IMG/VR virus record: IMGVR_UViG_3300032216_001307
Span: 1-31,441 of that record
Reading direction: 5' to 3' (one strand)
Length of the DNA stretch: 31,441 nucleotides
DNA from: a virus
Lineage: Duplodnaviria > Caudoviricetes
Position 1 is the stretch's first letter, and the number at the start of each line of letters is the position of its first letter. Both the position numbers and the translations under genes were made by a program. Below, piece after piece: positions 24,519-31,441 of this stretch. A model generated the notes under the pieces. It was not told the origin of the DNA. It saw only the letters and a list, made by a program, of their open reading frames with translations, and ran no database searches.

Positions 24519-25334
24519 TTACGCAGCCTCCTGAAGTTTGAGTTGGCGTTTCTTGAGGATCGTTTCCATTTGTCGTTTCATTTTTGCTCCAACGATGGAT
24601 TGGCCTTGGAGTTGCTCGCTTTCACGAAGAACCTTGTCGGCATATTTGCAGTTGTTTGTGATGACTACGGTTGGAGAAAATATGTTCCCGGTGCGGTCTT
24701 CGACATTGCCCAGGTTGTAATCGCTGAGATGGCGTGTCACCCACTGGGGAATGCCTCGCGTCATCGAACCCGAAATGACTCTCTTGAGTTGGTTTGCGCA
24801 TGCTGCCCAGCCGGACTTTGCCAAGCCGGACTTTGCCATTTGAGACTTCACATAGTCATCAAGCGTTCCGCCTGGGACGAAGTATTTGTTGATGAATTTC
24901 CACCGTCCGATGTCGCGTGTTCCGCTGCCAGCACTTGACATCGTTCCGTTTTGAAATGCGCCTTTGTGGATTTGCCGAAGGTTTGAAGCGGTCGCTCCTG
25001 TCATGAAATGGGCTGTATCAGTGCCGTAAACGGTGCCGTCTTTTTTTACAAAGAGCCTGATATTGCCAGAGGAATATTGCTCGGCATTTGCGGCCATGAA
25101 TCCTGTGAGCGGAGCAAAGATGCCGTATCGCTTTTTGCCTCCGAGAAGATCGCGGGCGATGGCTTTTTCACCGACTTTCTGGTCATTGCCAAAAGGCTGA
25201 GTGCGGCGTGCAAATTCAACACATAAAAGTCGAGCATTCAGATGGACCGCCTCTGGGATCGTCTTCTCCCGAATCGTGGCGTAGTCCTTCATGATCTGCT
25301 CGAATTTCAAGTTCTCGAATTTTATTTTTGCCAT
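24519..25334 (-). CDS. basic neck/tail-completion protein (HK97 gp10-like)
   Basis: RRT.P, G.AKSGW, ITNN..YA motifs. Confidence 0.55.
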   Translation of the reverse strand: MAKIKFENLKFEQIMKDYATIREKTIPEAVHLNARLLCVEFARRTQPFGNDQKVGEKAIARDLLGGKKRYGIFAPLTGFMAANAEQYSSGNIRLFVKKDGTVYGTDTAHFMTGATASNLRQIHKGAFQNGTMSSAGSGTRDIGRWKFINKYFVPGGTLDDYVKSQMAKSGLAKSGWAACANQLKRVISGSMTRGIPQWVTRHLSDYNLGNVEDRTGNIFSPTVVITNNCKYADKVLRESEQLQGQSIVGAKMKRQMETILKKRQLKLQEAA

Positions 25335-25337
25335 GTT

Positions 25338-25565
25338 TCAAAGCCGCGCAAAGGCAGCGTCTATTTCCGCCACGGAGTCAAAAACGGCGGCTGTGTTATT
25401 GCGCGTCCAGTATTTCTGCTGGCCGTGCGCCCATGAGTCGGCGTGGAGCAACTGAAGGCCGGCTGAAAACGGCAGCTGCTCCATGATCTCTGTGAAGCCC
25501 CAACCTGTGATCTTTGCGAGTCGATAGACATACCCGGCAATCCAGTTGGGGCCATTTAGTTTCCC
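25338..25565 (-). CDS. tail assembly chaperone frameshift extension (gpT-like)
   Basis: -1 frame from G_GGA_AAC: ...LNGPNWIAGYVYRLAKITGWGFTEIMEQLPF...AFARL; stop lies 3 nt before the next ATG. Confidence 0.75.
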   Translation of the reverse strand, partial: GKLNGPNWIAGYVYRLAKITGWGFTEIMEQLPFSAGLQLLHADSWAHGQQKYWTRNNTAAVFDSVAEIDAAFARL

Positions 25566-25951
25566 GACTCTGTGCCTTCGCTGTGGCTCGTTGCAGCCAT
25601 GTAAAGACTGAAAGCCTGCTCCATATCGGTAGCCATGGCGCGCACGGTGTGCTGGTCTGGCATGTTCTTCTCGATCCAGATGTCCACCGCATCAAGAAAG
25701 GCTGCGCGGTCGTTGACCACGGAGCGGATCTTCGTGAAAGGCTCAGAGTGCAGGAACATGAAAGCGGCTGCTTTCCAGATGTTGTCCTTATCGGGAGCGA
25801 AGAATTTGTTGCGCTGTAGCCAGGAGATGGTCAGTGCGGTGATCGGTCGCAGCTCGCGGCCTGCGACGAGCTTCGGTCCGTCGGTGATGCCTTGGATGCG
25901 GAGTTCGTCGTCGTCGATTTCGGTTTCTGTGTTTTGGTTTTTTGTTTTCAT
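25556..25951 (-). CDS. tail assembly chaperone (gpG-like)
   Basis: 131 aa, lies between tail tube and tape measure, ends in the slippery heptamer. Confidence 0.75.
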   Translation of the reverse strand: MKTKNQNTETEIDDDELRIQGITDGPKLVAGRELRPITALTISWLQRNKFFAPDKDNIWKAAAFMFLHSEPFTKIRSVVNDRAAFLDAVDIWIEKNMPDQHTVRAMATDMEQAFSLYMAATSHSEGTESGN

Positions 25952-25959
25952 AAATTTTG

Positions 25960-26181
25960 TTAGCCGTTAGCTCCTGCGTGTCCGCATTGGCAGTTGCCAC
26001 GATTTGTTTTTGAGGCTTCCACTCCCTCCGCACCGCGTGTCCCTGCTGCTCCTGACTTGCCCTGCGGGCCGCGATATTTCGTGTTTGCGGAGGGTCTGGT
26101 CTTTGCCTCCGATGGCCGTGTTTTCGTAACCACTGGCCGTGGCTTGGCATCTGCACAGGCGCAGGCTTCTTCGTATGTCAT
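25960..26181 (-). CDS. small protein with short Gly-X-Y run
   Basis: GPQ GKS GAA GTR GAE GVE flanked by CxC motifs; ATGA coupled. Confidence 0.45.
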   Translation of the reverse strand: MTYEEACACADAKPRPVVTKTRPSEAKTRPSANTKYRGPQGKSGAAGTRGAEGVEASKTNRGNCQCGHAGANG

Positions 26182-26585
26182 AAAAACTTGGCGAACCGTT
26201 TGCGGTCTGCCTCGGTGGCGTTTTCGGAGATCGAAAGGATTTTCCCATTGCGCTCGATCACAACTTGGCGCGGCGTGTTCTTTACGACGCGCAGGAGTTC
26301 GCGGTAGTTCGCCGCGTAGGCGTGCATGTAGGCCACGGGATGCTCGGGATTAGCTTCGGCGAATGCCTCGGCCTCGGTGGTCATGCGGCGGGATACCTCA
26401 TCGGCGCTTGCGCCGGTCTCCGGGTGCGCGGAGTGAAACCAAAAAACAGTGCTCTCCTCGCCAGAGTTGCGAACCACGCGCGTCACAGGCGCGGAGTCGC
26501 TTTCAAATTTAAATCCCAGCGTCGTGAGTGCCGTAGCGACGCGGATGTTCTGCGTGCTAAAAAGGCTCAGTATTTGCTTGGTCAT
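26178..26585 (-). CDS. hypothetical protein
   Basis: 135 aa with an A/C-rich leader. Confidence 0.7.
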   Translation of the reverse strand: MTKQILSLFSTQNIRVATALTTLGFKFESDSAPVTRVVRNSGEESTVFWFHSAHPETGASADEVSRRMTTEAEAFAEANPEHPVAYMHAYAANYRELLRVVKNTPRQVVIERNGKILSISENATEADRKRFAKFL

Positions 26586-26596
26586 TGTTTGGTGGG

Positions 26597-26626
26597 GCGG
26601 ACCGCCCGAATACTCAGGCGGCCCGC
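26597..26626 (-). terminator. stem-loop after the tail tube gene
   Basis: GCGGGCCGCCTGA-GTAT-TCGGGCGGTCCGC; no U tract. Confidence 0.5.
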
Positions 26627-26642
26627 GATGGAGAGAGGCGGC

Positions 26643-27008
26643 TTAGGCTGCGGTCATCGTCGTGCCGTAGTGCTCGGCACTGAGGGAGACGGATTCGAAC
26701 TGCTCGGCAGCAAATTTCGTGTCCATCTTGGTCACAATGGTTGTGCCGCCGGATGGGAGACCTGCGCCGGAGATCGAGAGCGTGCCGCCCACGGTGGCGC
26801 TGAAGGTGCCGGTGCGCATGCCTTCGATTGAGATTGAGGTCTTTGGTTCCGATGCTGCCACGGCCACTACCGACCCCTGGTCATCGCGCACCTCGTTGAG
26901 GCTCGTTGACTGGGAAAGGGTCATTCCGGTGACGATTAAGCCACTGACGTCGGGAGTGCCGAAGGTGGCCGAGCTGACTGCTGAAGAACGATAGATTGAT
27001 GCTGCCAT
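26643..27008 (-). CDS. major tail (tube) protein candidate
   Basis: Ser/Thr/Gly-rich, beta-rich; FG..., EVRD..G; same leader as the capsid gene; followed by a hairpin. Confidence 0.65.
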   Translation of the reverse strand: MAASIYRSSAVSSATFGTPDVSGLIVTGMTLSQSTSLNEVRDDQGSVVAVAASEPKTSISIEGMRTGTFSATVGGTLSISGAGLPSGGTTIVTKMDTKFAAEQFESVSLSAEHYGTTMTAA

Positions 27009-27037
27009 AGTGTGTTGGGTTCACACGGCAGCGGGTG

Positions 27038-27439
27038 TCAAATTTGCGTCAGCCCAAGGACGATTTCCGAGGAGGTCAGCCAGCGCTCGTTGGCGGTGGA
27101 TTGCGTGAAAGAATTGAGCACGGCACCGGCAAGGTGGAGCGATGGCGGCAGGAAATCCACAAGCGCGGAAGGGTCCAAAATCTCAGCCTTCAGCGCGTCG
27201 CTGAGCGTCTGATGAGTCGGCAGGGATTCCTCGATCACGCAGGGCGTCGAAATGATGATCTGCGCGGTGACTTTGTAGAGGCCGAGCGCCACCGGCTCGA
27301 CGGTCTCGCAGGCGCAAAAGACAACCGGCGCGTCGCCTGGGATGGTATCGGCGCTCTGGCCGGTGAAGATCGCGGAGTCGGCGAAAGCGACGGTGGAGAG
27401 AAGCCACTCGCGGAGGGATGTTTCGATCGCAGCGTTCAT
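27038..27439 (-). CDS. tail terminator-like protein
   Basis: position and size (133 aa). Confidence 0.55.
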   Translation of the reverse strand: MNAAIETSLREWLLSTVAFADSAIFTGQSADTIPGDAPVVFCACETVEPVALGLYKVTAQIIISTPCVIEESLPTHQTLSDALKAEILDPSALVDFLPPSLHLAGAVLNSFTQSTANERWLTSSEIVLGLTQI

Positions 27440-27759
27440 AAAGCGGAGCCGGGGACGATGGTGGCGACATGCTCAAACGGCGTGCCCGTCTGCTCGCGCA
27501 CGGAGTGGACGGTGTAGGTCTTGCCATCGATCAAAAGCTGCTCGCCACGGCGGGGAGCGGATTGCAGGGCGGAGGCGAGAAAGCGCGCGGTGAACTCGCC
27601 GCCTTGGCGCAGTCCGCCGGTCTCGAGATCAAGGCCGATGGCGATGGCAGACAGGCCGACGCGGATGCTCTGCCCGCGAAAAGTGGCGGGCTTGCCAAGG
27701 AGCGTATTGCGCGCGGTGGCAGCGAGGTTTTCCAGATGGTCTTTTTGCGCGGGCGACAT
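27436..27759 (-). CDS. head-tail joining protein (gpFII-like)
   Basis: P..GE.L.IDG..Y.V..V beta-barrel pattern. Confidence 0.65.
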   Translation of the reverse strand: MSPAQKDHLENLAATARNTLLGKPATFRGQSIRVGLSAIAIGLDLETGGLRQGGEFTARFLASALQSAPRRGEQLLIDGKTYTVHSVREQTGTPFEHVATIVPGSAL

Positions 27760-27780
27760 GCCTGTGCAGGGGTGTCAAAA

Positions 27781-27819
27781 GCAGAACGCCCACCGGATTA
27801 GGTCCGGCGGGCGTTTGCG
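27781..27819 (-). terminator. intrinsic terminator after the major capsid gene
   Basis: AACGCCCGCCGGA-CCTAA-TCCGGTGGGCGTT followed by CTGCTTTT. Confidence 0.7.
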
Positions 27820-27847
27820 GCTGGCGCGGGGAAGGCGCTGTTAGGGA

Positions 27848-28759
27848 TTAGGGCTTTTTAACGAGGATGCCTTGGACGCTGTTTCCCTTGGCGTATCCTT
27901 GGAGCCAGCTCAAACGGTTGTTCACGACGAGCGTGGCTGGGTCAACCCACTGCGTGACTTGGACGCGGAATCCGGTGGCGGGATCTTCGATGTAATCGAT
28001 GACGCCAGGGAAGTTCAGCGATCCAGCGACTTCGCCCGGTCCTTTGGGAGCGCGGGAGACATAGATCGTGGACTCGGGATTTCCAGCAAAGCCTACGCGC
28101 TTGGCGGCGCCGAGTTCTTCGAGGCTTGGATACTCGGAAATCTGGATTCCCGACACGGCTGGCAATTTGCCTTCGGCGATTGCGTTTGCGTTGAGCGGAT
28201 TGTTCAGAGCGGCAACGATGATTGGATCACTGAGGAGATCGCCATACACGTCGCTATTAACAACGAGAAAGCGGTTTTCCATAGGGATACCAGCGAGGCC
28301 CATTTTTTTGCGCAGCTTCACCATCAACTCAACATAGCTGTTCGCCGACGGCGTAATGCTGTTGGAGAAGTTGGACGAGGTCCAGAGAGCGGCGACGCTG
28401 TCCACGATGTGATTGGCGATTGCAACGGCGATGGGCTGCGCCACTTCGTCGATCAAATCGCGATTGGTTGCGTTGTATTCCGCAGGGCCAAAAGCAACAT
28501 GCACTTCTTTGTGGTCGGTGAGCGAGACGGTCACATCAGTATCGCTCACGTCTTGAGCGCCTGTGCCGAAAGCCTGAACGCTTTGCACGGATTTGATGCG
28601 GGTCTTGACGCTCTGACCGAGGAGAGCGTTATCAACTGCGCCGTCGATTTCGCGGAAGCCTTTCGAGATCATCGAAAGCATAGGGCGCTGAGTGAAGGTC
28701 AATGTGAGCGCGCGCTGGAGGACCAGTGCGCCGGAGAGTGTTCCTAATGTATTTGCCAT
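27848..28759 (-). CDS. major capsid protein (HK97 fold, P22-coat-like)
   Basis: MANTL, GQSV..., P.ENRFLVV...Y.DLL, G..I.E; follows the protease/scaffold gene. Confidence 0.85.
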   Translation of the reverse strand: MANTLGTLSGALVLQRALTLTFTQRPMLSMISKGFREIDGAVDNALLGQSVKTRIKSVQSVQAFGTGAQDVSDTDVTVSLTDHKEVHVAFGPAEYNATNRDLIDEVAQPIAVAIANHIVDSVAALWTSSNFSNSITPSANSYVELMVKLRKKMGLAGIPMENRFLVVNSDVYGDLLSDPIIVAALNNPLNANAIAEGKLPAVSGIQISEYPSLEELGAAKRVGFAGNPESTIYVSRAPKGPGEVAGSLNFPGVIDYIEDPATGFRVQVTQWVDPATLVVNNRLSWLQGYAKGNSVQGILVKKP

Positions 28760-28798
28760 AGTGGTTGGTTGGGTTCGCTATTTTTCGGATGTCAAATT

Positions 28799-29791
28799 TT
28801 AGTTCCCGAAAAGGTTGTTTTGATTGGCCGCAAAATAGGCGGCGCGGGCCGAGGGGTCTTTGATTGCTGCAAACTCCGCGCGGTAGTCGGAGGCTGTTTT
28901 TTCCGTGGCTGTGATAGAGACCTCTGGAAGGACAGCGGCGGGCATGACACCCAAAGAACGCTTGGCTGCTGCGTGCAGCTCGGCGAGGCGGGCGTGGGCT
29001 TCGTCGGCTACTGTGACCTTGGCGCGGAGCGTAACGATCTCGGCATCGGCAACGGACAGCTTTTCAGTAAGTGCGGTCAGCGCTGTCTCCTTGGCGGAAA
29101 GCGCGGCCTCAAGCATGGTGACCTTGGCGGCAAATTCTGTGACATCGTTCACGATCTCAGCCAGCGGAGTTTCTGGCATTGGTTCGACGGCGGCTTCCTC
29201 CTCGGCAGCTTCCTGCTCGGGAGTCTCGACTGAAGCGGAGGCGACAACGGTCACGATGACCTCGGCTTCGGGCATGGGTGCGGCAAGTTCTGCCGTTTCG
29301 GTGGGTTCTTGGTTTTCCATATGTTTTGAAAAAAGGCCGGTGGGATTTGCGGCGGGTTGATCGACAATGTCGCAAGAGTAAATTTCGATGCATCGGGCGA
29401 GGCGTTGCTGGCCTTGCTGCTCGGGTTGACCGCTGAAAACGATCGAGAGGCCGAATGCACCGGGAATGGTCTGTGACATTTCGATCAGCTTTGAAAAATC
29501 GTCGTGGGATTTGATGAGGTGAAGATCCGCGCGGAGCTGGTTGCCAATAATGCGGAATGAGCGGAGCACGCCCACCATGGCATCGATGCCGGTGCAGTGA
29601 TCCATTTTGACACGGAGGCCGTCGGTAAATTGTTCCGCACAGACTTTCACCTGGGCAAGTGTCAGCGCGTCGATTGTGAGGCCGTGGCCAAGTGCTGGCC
29701 CTTCCGTGATGACGCTCACTCCGCTAATGACTCCGGTGTCCGCGTTCACAGACGAGCCGGAGATACTTGCAAATGCGGTCACTTGGTTCAT
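28799..29791 (-). CDS. prohead protease with C-terminal scaffold
   Basis: GVSVITEG.A.GH, DH, ADLH, FGLSI, DIVD.PAANP.GLF; acidic linker then coiled coil. Confidence 0.8.
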   Translation of the reverse strand: MNQVTAFASISGSSVNADTGVISGVSVITEGPALGHGLTIDALTLAQVKVCAEQFTDGLRVKMDHCTGIDAMVGVLRSFRIIGNQLRADLHLIKSHDDFSKLIEMSQTIPGAFGLSIVFSGQPEQQGQQRLARCIEIYSCDIVDQPAANPTGLFSKHMENQEPTETAELAAPMPEAEVIVTVVASASVETPEQEAAEEEAAVEPMPETPLAEIVNDVTEFAAKVTMLEAALSAKETALTALTEKLSVADAEIVTLRAKVTVADEAHARLAELHAAAKRSLGVMPAAVLPEVSITATEKTASDYRAEFAAIKDPSARAAYFAANQNNLFGN

Positions 29792-31441
29792 GCCGATTGA
29801 TCTGGTGTCAAAATACCGCTTTGCTGAATTGCGTTTAGCGGCTCATCAGGAGAAGCCAGTTGATTCGTCAAAGTAATTGGCGAACGAATTGGATTTTCGT
29901 TCCATTCGCTGAGAACTTCTTCTCCCATTTCAGGCAGAGACAACATGGAACGAATGGACAACTCTACTTCGCGGGATGGGGTTATGACGCCAGCGCGGAC
30001 AGCGGCACCGATGGCGTCAAGTTTTTCTTTGGCTTGCATGTCGAACATATCAGATTTTCCGTTTTGGTTTGGGTCTTCCTCGCTTGCATCATTTGCATTT
30101 TGCTGGTCGTCCTGCGTTTCGCTTTGAATGATTTGCGCACCGGTCTGCGTGGGCGGAATGATTTCAGCCACGGAAATTCCAGCAGCGTCGCATCGCGCTT
30201 TGATGCGAACGGCGGCTTCGATCATGTCGTCTGTCTCGCTTTCTTCGTCGAGGCCAAGCATGGCGAAATACCGCTTGCGGGACATGAGGCCGTTTTGCAC
30301 GAGGGAGAGGTAGAGCTTGCCCTCTCGACCGATGTCCACCGATGGCGGCTTCGGCGCAATCCAGTCGGCACGCCACCAATCATCGCCTGGATATTCAAGG
30401 CGGCCGGATTCAATTTCGTACCACACCCAGAACGTCCAGAACGGGCGGCAGAATTGCTCGCGTAGGATGCTCTGGCATTCTTTGAAAAAGATGTTCGCGT
30501 CCTCTAGGAGGAAGCGGGTATTAGCTCCACCGGCGTCGGTGATGTTCCAGAGCAGCTCGGGGCTGAGGCCCATGCCCCAAGCGATGTCGCGCATGAGGTA
30601 ATCGAGGAAGGATTGGAAATTCGTGTTGGGGTGCGAATTGGAAAACGACTTCAAATCCTCGCCTGGCTTGAGTTGCGGGATGCCGGATGAGTTGTAAAGC
30701 GTGTCCACCGTGACCTCACCGGCTTGGTCCATCTGTAGTTTGTTGCGAGCCATGCCGAGGCCGATTGAGCCTGCCTCTGGGCTGGTGATGACAAAGGCAA
30801 TCTGGCTGTTGAGTTTGAAACTTTGTTTTTCGTAAGCCAGAATTTCGCTTATATCTTGCAGATGGTTCGACGCGCGGGCGAGCCACGAGGGGGCGCGAAG
30901 GTAGCCGCGACGATACATGCGCCGGACTTGATACATGTCGTCAGCAGAGACGATTGTGGATTTGCTGGTATCCTGCGGATCGATAACATTGAAAGCGATC
31001 GGGCGTCCGAAGCGGTCCACCTTGATGCCGTCATACCAATTGGATATATCCGATCCACTACCGAGGTTGGCCGTCATGCCGATGGACTCGCCACCGACGA
31101 AACGGACCATGCCGCGTCCGTTTTTGGAGAGGATTTTTTGCCAGTAGAAATCGCCGTCGAGCGCGACTTGGCGAAGGATGAATGGCTGTGCTTCGTAGAA
31201 ATTCACTTCGGCGCCGGCATCAAATCCAAAAGCGGCTGTGCCACAAGCATCCTCAAAGAGTTGTTCCACCTTGCGATTGAATTCTGGATTGGCCGTGCGG
31301 GCTTGCGGTTGCAGAGGTGCGGAGCAACGGGCAACGCCATCGATGGCGCGGGCGGCAATCCCGACATTGTTATACATCCAGTGAGCGCGGCGGATGAGCT
31401 CCATGCGGTCGTAGGTGGTCAGCTCTTTGCGAGCGTCCACC
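29788..31441 (-). CDS. portal protein, lambda family (5' end outside window)
   Basis: R..H....N.G, PQART, DGD, DG...D.FGRP.A, LKPGE, IAWG.G, W..P. Confidence 0.88.
   Translation of the reverse strand, partial: VDARKELTTYDRMELIRRAHWMYNNVGIAARAIDGVARCSAPLQPQARTANPEFNRKVEQLFEDACGTAAFGFDAGAEVNFYEAQPFILRQVALDGDFYWQKILSKNGRGMVRFVGGESIGMTANLGSGSDISNWYDGIKVDRFGRPIAFNVIDPQDTSKSTIVSADDMYQVRRMYRRGYLRAPSWLARASNHLQDISEILAYEKQSFKLNSQIAFVITSPEAGSIGLGMARNKLQMDQAGEVTVDTLYNSSGIPQLKPGEDLKSFSNSHPNTNFQSFLDYLMRDIAWGMGLSPELLWNITDAGGANTRFLLEDANIFFKECQSILREQFCRPFWTFWVWYEIESGRLEYPGDDWWRADWIAPKPPSVDIGREGKLYLSLVQNGLMSRKRYFAMLGLDEESETDDMIEAAVRIKARCDAAGISVAEIIPPTQTGAQIIQSETQDDQQNANDASEEDPNQNGKSDMFDMQAKEKLDAIGAAVRAGVITPSREVELSIRSMLSLPEMGEEVLSEWNENPIRSPITLTNQLASPDEPLNAIQQSGILTPDQSA

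Larger units (their letters stand above)
13609..29812 (-). promoter_or_regulatory. recurring TTTGACA box upstream of seven late genes
   Basis: sites at 13609, 18164, 19459, 27036, 27773, 28790, 29806 (7 bp each); 14, 22, 21, 27, 13, 30 and 14 nt before start codons. Confidence 0.7.

Noticed and set aside
25361-25555. 64 aa ORF or stop readthrough after the chaperone
   Set aside because: Not protein-like; the -1 frame has the gpT-like motif and fits the next gene
16147-28747. Long plus-strand ORFs (e.g. 16147, 17242, 21472, 27872)
   Set aside because: Antisense shadows of GC-rich genes with no recognisable motifs
1-31441. Alternative genetic code
   Set aside because: Genes tile densely under the standard code, with all three stop codons used at gene ends

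Overview
A 31.4-kb segment of a temperate tailed phage, probably a siphovirus (no sheath gene), with almost all genes on the minus strand. From right to left: (1) head genes: lambda-type portal (5' end cut off by the window), protease/scaffold, major capsid; (2) tail genes: connectors, tail tube, a tail chaperone with a GGGAAAC -1 frameshift, tape measure, and a set of mosaic fibre/adhesin proteins; (3) lysis genes and a metallophosphoesterase; (4) an intact attP carrying the 3' half of tRNA-Thr(CGT), a tyrosine integrase, a switch made of two divergent ribbon-helix-helix genes, and an excisionase; (5) recombination and replication genes: resolvase, Sak4-like ATPase, PD-(D/E)XK exonuclease, DUF669 SSB, initiator with iterons, DnaB. 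The most interesting signals are: an AT-richer cassette (4190-6083) in which an OB-like protein appears to be fused to an HNH nuclease by an A_AAA_AAG -1 frameshift and is coupled to a ParB-DUF4326 protein; a TTTGACA box found 13-30 nt upstream of seven late genes, a spacing that does not fit a sigma70 -35 element; and two hairpins with complementary loops that bracket the ssb gene. Family assignments come from motif recognition by eye, not database searches. Leaders are A/C-rich and lack Shine-Dalgarno motifs, which weakly hints at a host such as a PVC-group bacterium.
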